A stretch of 64,000 nucleotides of DNA from Myxococcota bacterium (lineage in GTDB: Bacteria; Myxococcota_A; UBA796; SXON01). The stretch lies in the NCBI GenBank assembly GCA_040386535.1, contig JAZKFH010000016.1:1-64000 (forward strand), read 5' to 3'. The notes below the pieces were generated by a model. The model did no database searches, was not told the DNA's origin, and worked only from the letters and a program-made list of their open reading frames with translations. Below, piece by piece: positions 49,330 through 59,972 of this stretch (position 1 is the stretch's first letter; each line of letters starts with the position of its first letter). The translations under genes and the position numbers were made by a program.

Positions 49330-52300
49330 GAGGCGCTGCGCCGTCTGGAGGCGCGACCGCAGGATCTCATGCACCTTCTCGTAGTCCTCGATGGGCGTGC
49401 CGCCGAGGGTGGTCGAGATGGCGGGATCCGCCACGAGGGCCGACTTGTAGCCGTCCGTCGCGGCGCGCGCGTCCCCACACGCCTGGTAGGCGATGGAGCG
49501 CACCAGGAGCAGGAAGGCCCGCACCAGCGGCGAGTCGTCCTGGAACTGGAGGCCACGATCCGCGAGGCTCGCGGCCTCGGGCCAGTCCTGGCGGCGCAGC
49601 GCGAGCTCCGCGAGCCGGAGCAGGGCCTGGGGCTGACCCGGATCGAACGCCAGGCTCTTCTCGTAGTGCTGCGCGGCCTTCTCGGGCAGGCCGAGCCGCG
49701 CGTCGAGCACGAAGCCCTTGTTCAGGTAGGCGTCGATGACGTCGGCAGGATCCTGCGTGTGGTAGATGATGTTGTTGAAGATGTTGAGCAGGTTGTTCCA
49801 GTCTTCCGCCGCGAACAACACGGCCCCGTAGCCCCGGAGCGCGCTGATGTCGTTCGGCCGGAGCTCGAGCGCCTTCGTGAAGCGCTTGCGCGCCTTCTCG
49901 GGCTGGCCGAGGCGGTGCTCGACCGTGCCGAGGCTCGCGTAGATCCGCGCGAGCTGCTCGGGGTTGCCATGCCCGCCGGTGAGCTGGAGCAGCTGCTTCC
50001 AGACCTTGTCGGCCTTCACCCAGTCGCCGGCCTCGAGGTACATCGGCCCGACGGCCTCGAGCGAGGGGAGGTGCGTGGCGTTGAGCGACAACGCGCGCTC
50101 GTACCGCAGGATCGCGTCCGAGATGCGGTTCTGGCGCCGGTAGGACTCCGCGAACCGGAAGAAGTACATCGAGACCTCGACCTGGGCGTCGAAGTCGTCG
50201 ACGTCCCGGGCGAGCTCGTGCTCCTCCATGCGCTCGAAGATGCCGATGGCCTCCTCGTAGCGGCCCGACTCGTAGAGGAACTCTCCGCGGTAACGGAGGG
50301 CCTCGGGGTGGCTCGGCGCGGTGGCGAGCAGCTCGTCGTAGATCTCGGCGGCGCCGGCGCGGTCGCGCAACGTCTCGACGCGGATGCGCGCGGCGTTCGC
50401 GAGGGCGTCGGCGCGCTCGTCGGTGTCCTGGGTGGCGCGCGCCCGGCGGAGCAGGGCGTCGACCACACGATCCCACTCGCCGCGGCCGAGGTGGATGCGC
50501 TCGAGCAGGCGCGCGGCCTCGATGTCGGGCGCGGGACCGCCGCTCGCGGCGTCGAGGAAGCGGATGGCCTCGTCCTCGCGACGGAGGTGCTCGGCGTACG
50601 CGACGCCGATGCGCCGCTGGAGCGCGGAGCGCTCCGCGCCTTCGGTCAAGCGGAGCAGGGCCTGGCCGTGCTCCACGAAGCCGGACCAGTCCCCCGACTC
50701 GTCGGAGAGGGCCACGAGCCGCGTGAGCGCCTCTTCGTCGTCGGAGGCGAGATCGAGCACCTTGCGCCACGCGTCGGCCGCGACGGCGCGATCGGCGAGG
50801 CGGGCCTCCCAGAGGCGCGCGATCTCGGCGAAGCGGTCGATCTGCGCACGGCCCGACGACAACGCCGCCTGCCGCGCGAGCACGCCCACCACGCCCTGCC
50901 AGTCGCCCGCGGCTTCCGCGAGGCGGCGCAGGCCGTTCAGGGCCTCCTGATCGTCGGGGAGCACGTCGAGCGCGCGGGTGAGGGAGGCGCGAGCGCCTTC
51001 CACGTCGCCCTTGAGCTCGAGAGCCTCGGCGATGCGACGATAGAACCGCGCGGCGTCCCGCGGCGACTCGGCGCGCTCGGCGAGGCCGGTGAGGAACTGC
51101 ACGGCCATCGCGGTCTCGCCACGCGCGCCGGCGATGCGGGCCAGCGCCTCGAGCACCACGACGTCGTCCGGCGCGGCGGTGTGGAGCTGCCGGTAGAAGT
51201 CCCAGGCCTCCTCGGTCTCCGCGAGCTTCTCCGCGAGCAGCCAGCGGGAGCGCGCGGTGATCTCGGCGCGGGTCTCGGCGCTGGCGCCCACGAGGCGCGC
51301 CTGGAGGAGCTCGAACACCTGCTTCCACTCGCCGAGCTCGCCCAGGCCATGCTCGAGGCGCACGCTCCAGACCAGCGGCACGTCGGAAGACGCGAGCTGC
51401 TCGCGCCACACCGCGACGGCGCCCGCGAGGTCACCGGCGGCTTCGAGGGCATCCCCGAGGCCGGTCGCGTCGGCGGGCGGCACCGCGGCGTAGATCTCGC
51501 GGAGCCCGTCGGCATCCCCACGCGCCACGAGCGCATTGCGGAGGCCGATGAGGGCGTCACCCGGGCGGGCGTCCGCGCGGAAGGCCTGCCGCCAGGCGTC
51601 GAGCGCCTCGTCCGGGAGGCCCGCGGCCTCGAACGCCGGCGCGGCGAGCAGGGCGTGCTGGCTGCGGACCGAGGCGTCCGTGGCGGCATCGGCCAGCACG
51701 AGGTGCGCGCGCGCCCGGAGCGCCTCCGGCACCACGAGGCGGACGATCATCGCGGCGGCGGCGGCATCCTTGTGCACCTCCACCAGCGGCGCGAGCACGC
51801 GGGCCGCGCCCACGCTGTCTCCCAGCGTCGACGTGCGGAGCCACGCGCCTTCACGCCCTTCGCCGCCCGCTTCTTCGAGCGCGCGGAGGGCCTCCTCGGC
51901 GTACCCGGCGGCCTCGGCCACGCGGGCGAGCGACCGGAGGGGCCGGTTCGGCACGCTGGTCGCGGCCAACACCTCGGAGAGGCCGCGCAGGAGCGGCTCG
52001 GAGGCCCCCTGGTCCGCGGCGATCTCGGTGACGCGGCCGCAGTAGCGGACGCGCTCGCCTTCATCGGTCACCGCGGCGGCGAGGCGCAGGTAGAGCTCGA
52101 TGAGCCCGGCCTGATCGCCGTTGGCGATCGCCACGCGCTCGGCGAGGTCGATGGCGGCCGGCTGGGAGGGATCCTCGCGGAGGACCTCGGCCGCGATCTG
52201 CGCCGGATCGGCCTCGGGGAGGCGCTGGGCGGCCTCCGCCGCCGCGAGGAGGCGCCAGTGGCGACGATCGAGATCCTCGCCCATGTCGGCCTGGCCGCGC

Positions 52301-55221
52301 TCGAGGCGGAAGTACTCGGCCCAGTCGCCCTCGCGCGCGGCGAGCTCCTTCAACAGGAGCACGGCCGGCAGGAACCCGGGCGAGAGCTCCAGGCAGCGCT
52401 GGAGGCAGCCCATCGCGCTCGTGATGTCCTCGGTGCGGTCCGCGAGGACGCGCCCCGCCCGGTAGTAGAGGCTCACGGCCTCGTTCGCGTCCCGCGTGGC
52501 AGCGGCGGCGCCGCGAAGGGTCCTGCCGAGCAGGCCCCACTCCTTGCGGTCCTCGAGGAGGCGGCCGTAGGCATCCAGGCTCGGCAGGAAGTCGGGCACG
52601 GCCTCCAACGCGAAGCGGTACTGCTCGCGGGCGCGGTCGACATCGTTCAGGCGAAAGTCGTAGACGGCGCCGGCGCGGTGGCGCTGGAGCGCGATGCCGC
52701 CCGGCTCCTCGGCGAGGAGCGCGCGCTGCTCGTACACCGCGGCGAGGTCGGCCCATGCCTCCAGGCGCGTGTAGACACGCTCCAGGCCCTCGAGGGCCGG
52801 GAGGTATCCAGGCGCCACGTCGAGGATGCGCTCGAAGTGTTTGCGGGCGCCCGCCTGGTCCTCCAGGGGCCCCTCGCAGGTCTCGCCCATCCGGTAGAGC
52901 ACCGTCACCATCAGGCTCGGATCGTCGAGGTGCCCGAGGCGCTCGTCGAGGAACCCTACGAGCTCCGCGTGGCGCCCGCCCTGCTGCAGGATGCGGAGGA
53001 CGGCCTCGGCGGCCGGCGCCGCGGCGGCGTCGGTGGAGGCGACGCGGAAGAGCGCCAGGGCGTCTTCCGTCCTGCCCAGCCGCTCTTCGGTGAGGCGGGC
53101 GAGCCGGTACTGGAGGAAGCTCTTCGCGTGCGCCGGGACCTGCTCGATCTCGGCGCGGAGGGACGCCGCGAGGTCTTCCCAGCGCTCGGCCTCGGCGCAG
53201 AACACGCCGTACTCGTGGCGAAGGTCGAGCGCGGCGGGCGCGACGGCCAGGGCGGCCGTGTAGCACTCGGCCGCGCGCGCCTCGTCGAACAGCTGGAGGC
53301 GGTACACCCGCGCGGCGCGGCCGAACCACCACGCGGCTTCGGCGCCACGCGCGACCTCGGGGAGCGTGGCGTCGACGGAGAGGCGCTCGGCCTCCGTGCG
53401 GTAGAGCGCCCCGAGGGCGGACCACTCGCCGCTCTGGCGGTAGTGCCGCTCCATCGCGAGGAACGCCGGCGCGGAGGACGGGTCGGCTTCGAGCGTGTCC
53501 TGCCACGCCTTGGTGACGTCGCCCGCGGACGCGCCGCTGCGCTGGAGGATCTGCGCGCGCTCCGCGAGCAGGGCCGCGGCGGAGGTGCCCGTGTAGTGCG
53601 CGGCGAGCCGCTGGAGCGCGGAGGCCTGCCCCGCGAAGTCGCCCCGGCCGTGGTGGACGCCGAGGAGCGCGAGCAGGGCGCGCACGTCGTTGCCGTTGCC
53701 GGAGGCAGCGCGCTCGAGATCGGCCACCGCGCGGTCGTCCTTGCCGAGCCGCCCGTGGAGGATGGCCGCCGCCGCGATCAGCGCGTCGCTCGCGGTTCCG
53801 CCCGTGGAGGTGCCGCCGAGCCCTTCGAGCGCGCTCCCGAGCCCTTCGTCATCCGCGAGCGACGCCATCGCCGCGATCCGCTCGGTCCACCAGCTCGCGC
53901 CTTCCGCGTCCTGCCCGCGTGCCGCGTCGAGGAGGGAACGGGCCGACGCGGCGCTGTCACCCCGGGTCCGTGCGAGCTCGGCGGCGGCGGTGTAGAGCGC
54001 GACGCGCACCGACCCCTCGGCTCGGCCGGCCTCGCGTTGGAGGAGCATGATGGCCGTGGCCCACGTGCCGGTGGCCGTGAGCGCGCCGGCGGGCACGACG
54101 GGCACGGCGATAGCGGGCTCGGAGCGCGGCTCGAGGACGACGGAGGCCGGACCGGCGCGCAGGTCGACCGTGGCGGACGGATCGTCCAGGCGGGACTCGG
54201 CCTGCGAGAGGGGCAGATCCTCGGTCGCGTCGGCGGCGAAGTGCGCGAGCAAATCCTCGCGAGTGGCGACGATCGTCGGGTTCGGCGATTGCTGCGAGGA
54301 GGCGACATCCACGATCGGGACGACGATCGCCACCGCGGCGAGATCGATCGTCGCGCGGCTTACCTCTTCGGTCTGACCCGATTCCGCGGCGAGCTCCGCG
54401 GCGCGCGCAGCCTCGGCCGCGAGCCGAAGTTCTTCGCTCTCCCGCGCGAGCTCGGCGGCCAGCCACGCTTCGTCCGCTTCGCGCGCGGCTTCGGCCGCGA
54501 AGCGAGTCTCTTCCGCCACTCGGGCGGCTTCCGCCGCGAGGCGGGTCTCTTCCGCGACCCGCGCGGCGTCCGCGGTGACGCGACGGTCCTCCGCCTGGCG
54601 CGCGGCTTCGGTCGCGACGCGGGCCTCTTCCGCTTCGCGCGCGGACTCGGCGGCGGCGCTCGACTGGTCGTTGCGGCGCGTCTCTTCGCCGGAGAACCAC
54701 GCGTCCTCGGCCTGGCGTGCGGCTTCGGCAGCGACGCGCGCCTCCTCCGCCCGGCGTGCGGACTCGGCGACGATCCGCGCCTCGTCGGCCTGACGCGCCA
54801 CCTCGGCGGCCACCCGCGCCTCCTCCGCCCGGCGTGCCTCCTCCGCGCGACGTGCGGCGTCGGCAGCCGCGCGCGCCTCTTCCGCGACCCGAGCGGCCTC
54901 CGCCACCCGCGCCGCTTCCACCCGGGCCTCCTCGGCGGCGCGCTTCGCGTCCTCGACGCGCTTCGCCTCGGCCTTCTCGGCGACGATCCGGGCCTCTTCG
55001 GCGCGTGCCGCTTCGGCCTTGCGGGCCTCTTCCACCCGCGCGGCCTCGGCCTTCCGAGCCTCTTCCGCGCGTGCCGCTTCGGCCTTGCGGGCCTCTTCCA
55101 CACGCGCGGCGTCTTCAGCGGGCGCCGGCGGGCTGTCGCCCCATCCGCCGCCACCCTGGTTGAAGAAGTCATCCTCGAGGGAGCCGAACCCGGAATCGAC
55201 GGGAGGATTCTTCTTGGACAT
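49327..55221 (-). CDS. Giant (1964 aa) TPR-repeat protein with N-terminal E/A/R/K repeat helix
   Basis: Many TPR-type units (A...Y..AL...P....AL..L..L); N-terminal EEARKAEAAR repeats; no signal peptide. Confidence 0.9.
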   Translation of the reverse strand: MSKKNPPVDSGFGSLEDDFFNQGGGGWGDSPPAPAEDAARVEEARKAEAARAEEARKAEAARVEEARKAEAARAEEARIVAEKAEAKRVEDAKRAAEEARVEAARVAEAARVAEEARAAADAARRAEEARRAEEARVAAEVARQADEARIVAESARRAEEARVAAEAARQAEDAWFSGEETRRNDQSSAAAESAREAEEARVATEAARQAEDRRVTADAARVAEETRLAAEAARVAEETRFAAEAAREADEAWLAAELARESEELRLAAEAARAAELAAESGQTEEVSRATIDLAAVAIVVPIVDVASSQQSPNPTIVATREDLLAHFAADATEDLPLSQAESRLDDPSATVDLRAGPASVVLEPRSEPAIAVPVVPAGALTATGTWATAIMLLQREAGRAEGSVRVALYTAAAELARTRGDSAASARSLLDAARGQDAEGASWWTERIAAMASLADDEGLGSALEGLGGTSTGGTASDALIAAAAILHGRLGKDDRAVADLERAASGNGNDVRALLALLGVHHGRGDFAGQASALQRLAAHYTGTSAAALLAERAQILQRSGASAGDVTKAWQDTLEADPSSAPAFLAMERHYRQSGEWSALGALYRTEAERLSVDATLPEVARGAEAAWWFGRAARVYRLQLFDEARAAECYTAALAVAPAALDLRHEYGVFCAEAERWEDLAASLRAEIEQVPAHAKSFLQYRLARLTEERLGRTEDALALFRVASTDAAAAPAAEAVLRILQQGGRHAELVGFLDERLGHLDDPSLMVTVLYRMGETCEGPLEDQAGARKHFERILDVAPGYLPALEGLERVYTRLEAWADLAAVYEQRALLAEEPGGIALQRHRAGAVYDFRLNDVDRAREQYRFALEAVPDFLPSLDAYGRLLEDRKEWGLLGRTLRGAAAATRDANEAVSLYYRAGRVLADRTEDITSAMGCLQRCLELSPGFLPAVLLLKELAAREGDWAEYFRLERGQADMGEDLDRRHWRLLAAAEAAQRLPEADPAQIAAEVLREDPSQPAAIDLAERVAIANGDQAGLIELYLRLAAAVTDEGERVRYCGRVTEIAADQGASEPLLRGLSEVLAATSVPNRPLRSLARVAEAAGYAEEALRALEEAGGEGREGAWLRTSTLGDSVGAARVLAPLVEVHKDAAAAAMIVRLVVPEALRARAHLVLADAATDASVRSQHALLAAPAFEAAGLPDEALDAWRQAFRADARPGDALIGLRNALVARGDADGLREIYAAVPPADATGLGDALEAAGDLAGAVAVWREQLASSDVPLVWSVRLEHGLGELGEWKQVFELLQARLVGASAETRAEITARSRWLLAEKLAETEEAWDFYRQLHTAAPDDVVVLEALARIAGARGETAMAVQFLTGLAERAESPRDAARFYRRIAEALELKGDVEGARASLTRALDVLPDDQEALNGLRRLAEAAGDWQGVVGVLARQAALSSGRAQIDRFAEIARLWEARLADRAVAADAWRKVLDLASDDEEALTRLVALSDESGDWSGFVEHGQALLRLTEGAERSALQRRIGVAYAEHLRREDEAIRFLDAASGGPAPDIEAARLLERIHLGRGEWDRVVDALLRRARATQDTDERADALANAARIRVETLRDRAGAAEIYDELLATAPSHPEALRYRGEFLYESGRYEEAIGIFERMEEHELARDVDDFDAQVEVSMYFFRFAESYRRQNRISDAILRYERALSLNATHLPSLEAVGPMYLEAGDWVKADKVWKQLLQLTGGHGNPEQLARIYASLGTVEHRLGQPEKARKRFTKALELRPNDISALRGYGAVLFAAEDWNNLLNIFNNIIYHTQDPADVIDAYLNKGFVLDARLGLPEKAAQHYEKSLAFDPGQPQALLRLAELALRRQDWPEAASLADRGLQFQDDSPLVRAFLLLVRSIAYQACGDARAATDGYKSALVADPAISTTLGGTPIEDYEKVHEILRSRLQTAQRL
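54985..55110 (-). repeat. 33-bp (11-aa) tandem repeat [VA]EEARKAEAAR, continuing as degenerate copies to about 54400
   Basis: Seen directly in DNA and protein. Confidence 0.8.
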
Positions 55222-55314
55222 GGACGGAGGGCTCCTGGACGCGCCTGGGACGCGATGGGGACCGGCTACGTGCCGGTCGGCCAGAGGGTCATAGCATTCG
55301 GGGGGCCGACCGGT

Positions 55315-56778
55315 CTACGGGGAGACCGGCAGGGCCGCGAGCACGTACTTCAGGTCGTCGTCGTCGAAGGTGAAGCCTCCGCCAGCGAAGCCGGTCACGT
55401 AGCCGTAGCGGGCGCCCAGCACGATGTTGTCCAGGCCGCCCTCGAAGTACAGGTGGCGCCAGGGGTAGACGCGCGCGGTCACCTGCACGTTGGGGATGCC
55501 GTTCATCACGGGCCACGATCCGTACGTGAAGTCGTACACGTCGGCAGAGAGCTGCACACGGTCGCGCCAGAGGAGCAGATCCGCCCCGATGCCGCCGCTC
55601 GACTCCTTCACGCCGAACCGCAGGACCAGGTCGCGGAACCGCTTCGCGAACTGGAACGTGAACCGGTAGTCGGGGCGCTTCACGTATTCGCGGTAGGCGG
55701 TGCCGAGCGCGGGCACGCTCCGGTCCTCGTAGGAGATCGAGCCGAGCGGGTGGCTGACCAGCTCGGCGACGTACCAGTAGTCCTCGCGCGGCATCAACCG
55801 GATGCCGACGACGTTGCGCGCGAGCCCGGACACGGGGTTGCCGGCGAACGCGTCGTCGGCGGGGGCCGATCCGTAGAAGTAGTTGCCGCGGTAGTAGACT
55901 TCCGTGCGGATGCGGGACACATCGCCGACGAGGTTGCCGACGGTCTCGACCGTCTCGTTGACCGAGTCCAGCGTGCGGTTGACCGAGTCGATGGTGGACG
56001 AGTCGTTCAGCAGCTGCCCGATCGTCCCCTCGCCCTCGTCGAGCTTCTGGGTGATCGATTCGAGGTTCTGCGCGGCGCGGTCGAGCGTGGCCGTGGCGCC
56101 CTGGATGGCGGTCATCTCCGCGTCGACGCTCTTGCCGGTGGACTCGATGACCCGCCCGAGGCTCTCGGACACGACGCGGAGGTTGTCCGCGATGGCGGCC
56201 AGATCCTCGCGGTTGTCCCCCGCGATGCCGCGCAGCTCCTCCGAGAGCGCCCGGATGTTCTCGATCGTCGCGGTTAGCTCCTCGCGCGTCGCGTCGTCCT
56301 CCGCGACCCCACGCAAGGCGGCGGTGATCGCTTTCACGTCGTCGGCGATCGCGGAGACCTGGTTCGTGACCGCGTCGAGATCCGCGCCGCTGGCGCGCGT
56401 GTTGAGCGTGTCCCCCGGCTGGAGGAAGGTCGGCGAGGTACCCGGGGTGACCCGGACGAACTTGTCGCCCAGCATGCCCTCGCCCTTGAGCTCGGCGAAG
56501 CTGTCCGTCGGGAGTTGGACGTTGCCGAGCACCGAGAGCCGGACGCGCGCAGTGCCGTCGGCCAACGACACCTCTTCCACGCTGCCGACGGGGACGCCGG
56601 CGATGCGCACCGGCGTGTCCTTGTAGATGCCCTCCGCGGTGGCGAAATCGGCGAACAGCTCGTAGCCGCCGCCTACGTCACCGGGGCGATCGTCGGTTCG
56701 CAGCACGCCCCACACCGTCGCGGCGACGAAGAAGAGCGCGAGCAGACCGACCAGGAATTCGTTCGACAGGCGAGACAC
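55315..56778 (-). CDS. mlaD: MlaD/MCE-family protein with long helical region and C-terminal beta-rich domain
   Basis: VGL TM; F..AEGI....VRIAGVPVGSV; GMLGDKFVRVTPG; GEGTIGQLLND; amphipathic beta-strands at the C-terminus. Confidence 0.9.
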   Translation of the reverse strand: MSRLSNEFLVGLLALFFVAATVWGVLRTDDRPGDVGGGYELFADFATAEGIYKDTPVRIAGVPVGSVEEVSLADGTARVRLSVLGNVQLPTDSFAELKGEGMLGDKFVRVTPGTSPTFLQPGDTLNTRASGADLDAVTNQVSAIADDVKAITAALRGVAEDDATREELTATIENIRALSEELRGIAGDNREDLAAIADNLRVVSESLGRVIESTGKSVDAEMTAIQGATATLDRAAQNLESITQKLDEGEGTIGQLLNDSSTIDSVNRTLDSVNETVETVGNLVGDVSRIRTEVYYRGNYFYGSAPADDAFAGNPVSGLARNVVGIRLMPREDYWYVAELVSHPLGSISYEDRSVPALGTAYREYVKRPDYRFTFQFAKRFRDLVLRFGVKESSGGIGADLLLWRDRVQLSADVYDFTYGSWPVMNGIPNVQVTARVYPWRHLYFEGGLDNIVLGARYGYVTGFAGGGFTFDDDDLKYVLAALPVSP

Positions 56779-56873
56779 GCCGCGAGCCTAACCGCAAGCG
56801 CGGCCGGGGCACGGCGAAGCGCCCGATGCACGCCCTCCGGTACGGGTCGGCGCCCCCGGGTTAGCTCTCGACC

Positions 56874-59800
56874 GTGCTCCTCGCGCTCCTCTTCCCCCTG
56901 CTCGGGTCCACCCCCGCGACCGCCGCCAGCTACGACCCCGCGTTGACGTGGCGGACGCTGCACACCGAGCACTTCGCGATCACCTTCCACGACGGGGAGG
57001 AGCAGCTCGCGGAGGAGATGGCCGTGTCGGCCGAGGCCGCGTGGGACACGCTGACCGTCGAGCTCGCGTACACGCCGAAGCGCCCGATCCAGCTGGTGCT
57101 AGTGGACTGGACGGACTCGGCGAACGGCTATGCCACCGTCGTCCCCGCGAACACGATCGTCATCTTCGTGACCGCGCCGGAGGAGGACAGCACGCTGGGC
57201 CTCTACGAGGACTGGAACAGCGCGATCGTGACCCACGAGCTGACCCACATCCTCCACATCGACACCGTGCGCGGCCTCCCGCGCATCGCGCGCTTCCTGA
57301 TGGGGAGCCTCATCTCCACGCACCAGGTGTCGCCGGGCTGGATCGTGGAGGGCTACGCCACCTTCCAGGAGACCCGCCACACGGGCGCCGGGCGCGGGCG
57401 CAACGCCGCGGTCGACATGGTCAAGCGCGCGACCGTGCTCGACGATCGCTTCCCCCCGCTCGGCAACATGGACGGGTACCAGGTGCTCCCGCCGGGTGGA
57501 AACCTGCGGTACCTCTTCGGGCAGGACCTCATCCAGTTCATCGCCGACCGGTCCGGCGCGGAGAAGTGGACCGAGTGGGTGCAGCGGTACGGCGCGTCCG
57601 TCCCCTACCTGCTGCCCGCGAAGAAAATCTTCGGGCAGAGCTTCGTGAGCCTGTACCGCGAGTGGAAGGTGGCGCTGGAGGAGCGCTACCACGCCCAGGC
57701 GGCGCGCATCACGGCCGAGGGGATCACGCCCTTCCGCTTCATCACGAAGGAGGACGAGAGCTGCGGCGTGCCGGCCTGGAAGCCCGACGGGACCGCGCTG
57801 GCCTACTCGTGCACGGACACGCGGAGCGGCTCGCGCGTCATGATCGCCGACGGCGAGGGCGGCGCGGCCGAGGTGCTGGTCAAGGACAAGTTCGCCCGCA
57901 ACATCGCGTGGCGCTCGGACGGCGAGGCGTTCGCGTACAGCACCACGCACGCGGTCGGCCTCTACAACTCCTACGAGGACGTGTACCTCTACGATCTCGA
58001 GGACAAGGCGGCGCGGTCCCTCACCCGCGGCAAACGTGCCCGCGACCCGTCGTTCTCGCCTGACGGCTCGCGCATGGTCGTGGTCACGAACGAGCACCAG
58101 GACAACCAGCTCGCGGTCCTCACGATCGACCAGCAGCTCCGCCCGCTGACCGCCTACACCGACCACACGCAGTTCGGCACGCCGCGGTACTCGCCCGACG
58201 GGAGCCTGCTCGCGGTCTCCGTCTGGAAGGAGGGCCTGCGGGACCTCTGGCTCTACACCCCCGAGGGCGTGCCGTTCCGGCGCCTCACCGCCGACACCGC
58301 GATCGATCGGGACCCCGTCTGGTCGCCCGACGGCGAGTGGTTGTACTTCACGTCCGATCGCTCCGGCGTCCTGTCGATCTACGCCCTCGAGCTCGCGACG
58401 GAGCGCCTCTACAAGATCACCAACGTCCTGACGGGCGCCTACGGCCCGGCGCCGCACCCGGACGGCAAGCGCCTCGCCTTCCAGTACTTCAGCACGCGCG
58501 GCACGCGCATCGCGGTGATGGATCTGGACCGGTCGACCTGGAAGGACCTGGGGCGTGTCCCAGCGTTCCCGGGCCAGCCGCTGGGGCGGGTGGGGACGCC
58601 GAGCGAACAAGCCGCGTTGGTGGGTGCCCTGGTGGGGCCCGTCGCCACGCCGGTCGGGGTGACGGAGGTTCCGCTCGACGGCACGGTCGAGGCGGTGCCC
58701 AGCGAGCCCATGCCGCCGCCCGCCGTGCCGGCCCCCGACGCAGTGCCCCCCCCGCGCCCGCCCGCGGCCTACCCCGCCAGCGCCGCCACCCGCTACAACC
58801 CGCTGCCGACGCTGCTCCCGCCGAAGTTCTGGATTCCGGGCGGCTACCTGACCAGCACCGGCGACTCGATCGGGCTCCTCGGCACCGCGGCGACCCAGGG
58901 CTACGACGTGCTCCAGCACTTCTCGTACAGCGCCTACGTCTCCTACCGCACCGACGCCGCCTTCTTCGGCGGCGGGGGATCCTTCTCGATCAACCGCTGG
59001 CGCCCCACGATCACGATCGGCGGGAGCACCTCGGTGAGCCCGTACGGGGACGTGCAGATCCGCTCGGCGTCCCCCGACGGCGGCGGCGCGACTTTGCCCG
59101 GCACCGAGAGCGGCCTCCAGCGGTACTGGGATCGGCGCGTGCGCGGGTTCGCGCAGGTGGGCTACCCGCTCGGCGAGCACACCAGCGTCGCGTTCTACTA
59201 CAACGGCACCCTCCGCAGCCCGCTCGATGCGCTCCCCGCGGATGTGCACATCCCGTCGCTCCCCACGCGCGGCTTCTTCTCGAGCGTGGGCGCCTCCTGG
59301 CGCTACGGCAAGGGCCAGTCGTACGCGCTGTCGATCTCGCCGGAGCGGGCGCGCAGCGTGGCGGTCTCGGCCGAGGTCACCACCCGCGCGCTCGGCAGCT
59401 ACACGTTCGACGACGTGAACGCCCGGGTCCCGTTCGACCAGGTGCAGGCCACGGCGGAGTGGCGCGAGTACGTCACCAACCCGTGGGTCCCGAACCACGT
59501 GCTGGCGCTCAAGTTCGCGGGCGGCGCCTCCCTCGGCGATCGCTTCGCGTACGGCTCCTTCCGCCTCGGCGGCACCTTCTCCGAGAACGGCATCACCGTC
59601 GTCCCGTCCGAGTGGCGCAGCCTCCGGGGGTTCTACCCCGCCTCCGACGCGGGCGAGTGGTACTGGCTCACGTCGGGCGAGTACCGCTTTCCGCTCTGGA
59701 ACGTCGATCGCGGCGTCGGCACCTTTCCTGTGTTCGTCCGCAACGTCTCCGCCGCGGTCGTGGCCGATGCTGGAAATGCCTTCGACGATGTCGAGGGCGC

Positions 59801-59972
59801 CGGCATCGAGCAGACCCTGGTGGGCGTGGGCGCCGAGCTCCGTCTCTACACCATCCTCGGCTACGGCGTCGGGCTCACGACACGGCTCGGCTACGCCGTG
59901 TCCGTCGCGGGCGGCGGCATCGCCCCCGGCGAGCTGGATGGCTTCTACGCCACGCTGGGTTCGAGCTTCTGA
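56874..59972 (+). CDS. Omp85/BamA-TamA superfamily protein with N-terminal zincin peptidase and TolB-like (PD40) propeller
   Basis: HELTH...WIVEGYA; P.[FWY]SPDG repeats; barrel with LRGF loop motif, GVGAELR and terminal Phe. Confidence 0.88.
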   Translation: MLLALLFPLLGSTPATAASYDPALTWRTLHTEHFAITFHDGEEQLAEEMAVSAEAAWDTLTVELAYTPKRPIQLVLVDWTDSANGYATVVPANTIVIFVTAPEEDSTLGLYEDWNSAIVTHELTHILHIDTVRGLPRIARFLMGSLISTHQVSPGWIVEGYATFQETRHTGAGRGRNAAVDMVKRATVLDDRFPPLGNMDGYQVLPPGGNLRYLFGQDLIQFIADRSGAEKWTEWVQRYGASVPYLLPAKKIFGQSFVSLYREWKVALEERYHAQAARITAEGITPFRFITKEDESCGVPAWKPDGTALAYSCTDTRSGSRVMIADGEGGAAEVLVKDKFARNIAWRSDGEAFAYSTTHAVGLYNSYEDVYLYDLEDKAARSLTRGKRARDPSFSPDGSRMVVVTNEHQDNQLAVLTIDQQLRPLTAYTDHTQFGTPRYSPDGSLLAVSVWKEGLRDLWLYTPEGVPFRRLTADTAIDRDPVWSPDGEWLYFTSDRSGVLSIYALELATERLYKITNVLTGAYGPAPHPDGKRLAFQYFSTRGTRIAVMDLDRSTWKDLGRVPAFPGQPLGRVGTPSEQAALVGALVGPVATPVGVTEVPLDGTVEAVPSEPMPPPAVPAPDAVPPPRPPAAYPASAATRYNPLPTLLPPKFWIPGGYLTSTGDSIGLLGTAATQGYDVLQHFSYSAYVSYRTDAAFFGGGGSFSINRWRPTITIGGSTSVSPYGDVQIRSASPDGGGATLPGTESGLQRYWDRRVRGFAQVGYPLGEHTSVAFYYNGTLRSPLDALPADVHIPSLPTRGFFSSVGASWRYGKGQSYALSISPERARSVAVSAEVTTRALGSYTFDDVNARVPFDQVQATAEWREYVTNPWVPNHVLALKFAGGASLGDRFAYGSFRLGGTFSENGITVVPSEWRSLRGFYPASDAGEWYWLTSGEYRFPLWNVDRGVGTFPVFVRNVSAAVVADAGNAFDDVEGAGIEQTLVGVGAELRLYTILGYGVGLTTRLGYAVSVAGGGIAPGELDGFYATLGSSF

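Noticed and set aside
54400..55110. Regularly spaced DNA repeats as a CRISPR array or satellite
   Set aside because: They are in-frame coding repeats of the TPR protein N-terminus.
49117..56277. 2386-aa plus-strand ORF, and other long ORFs such as 1033..4497, 4676..8197, 42255..45383, 38064..40703 and 21055..23604
   Set aside because: They are antisense or off-frame shadows of recognisable genes. Stops are scarce in high-GC DNA, and the products are R/G/A/V-rich with no motifs.
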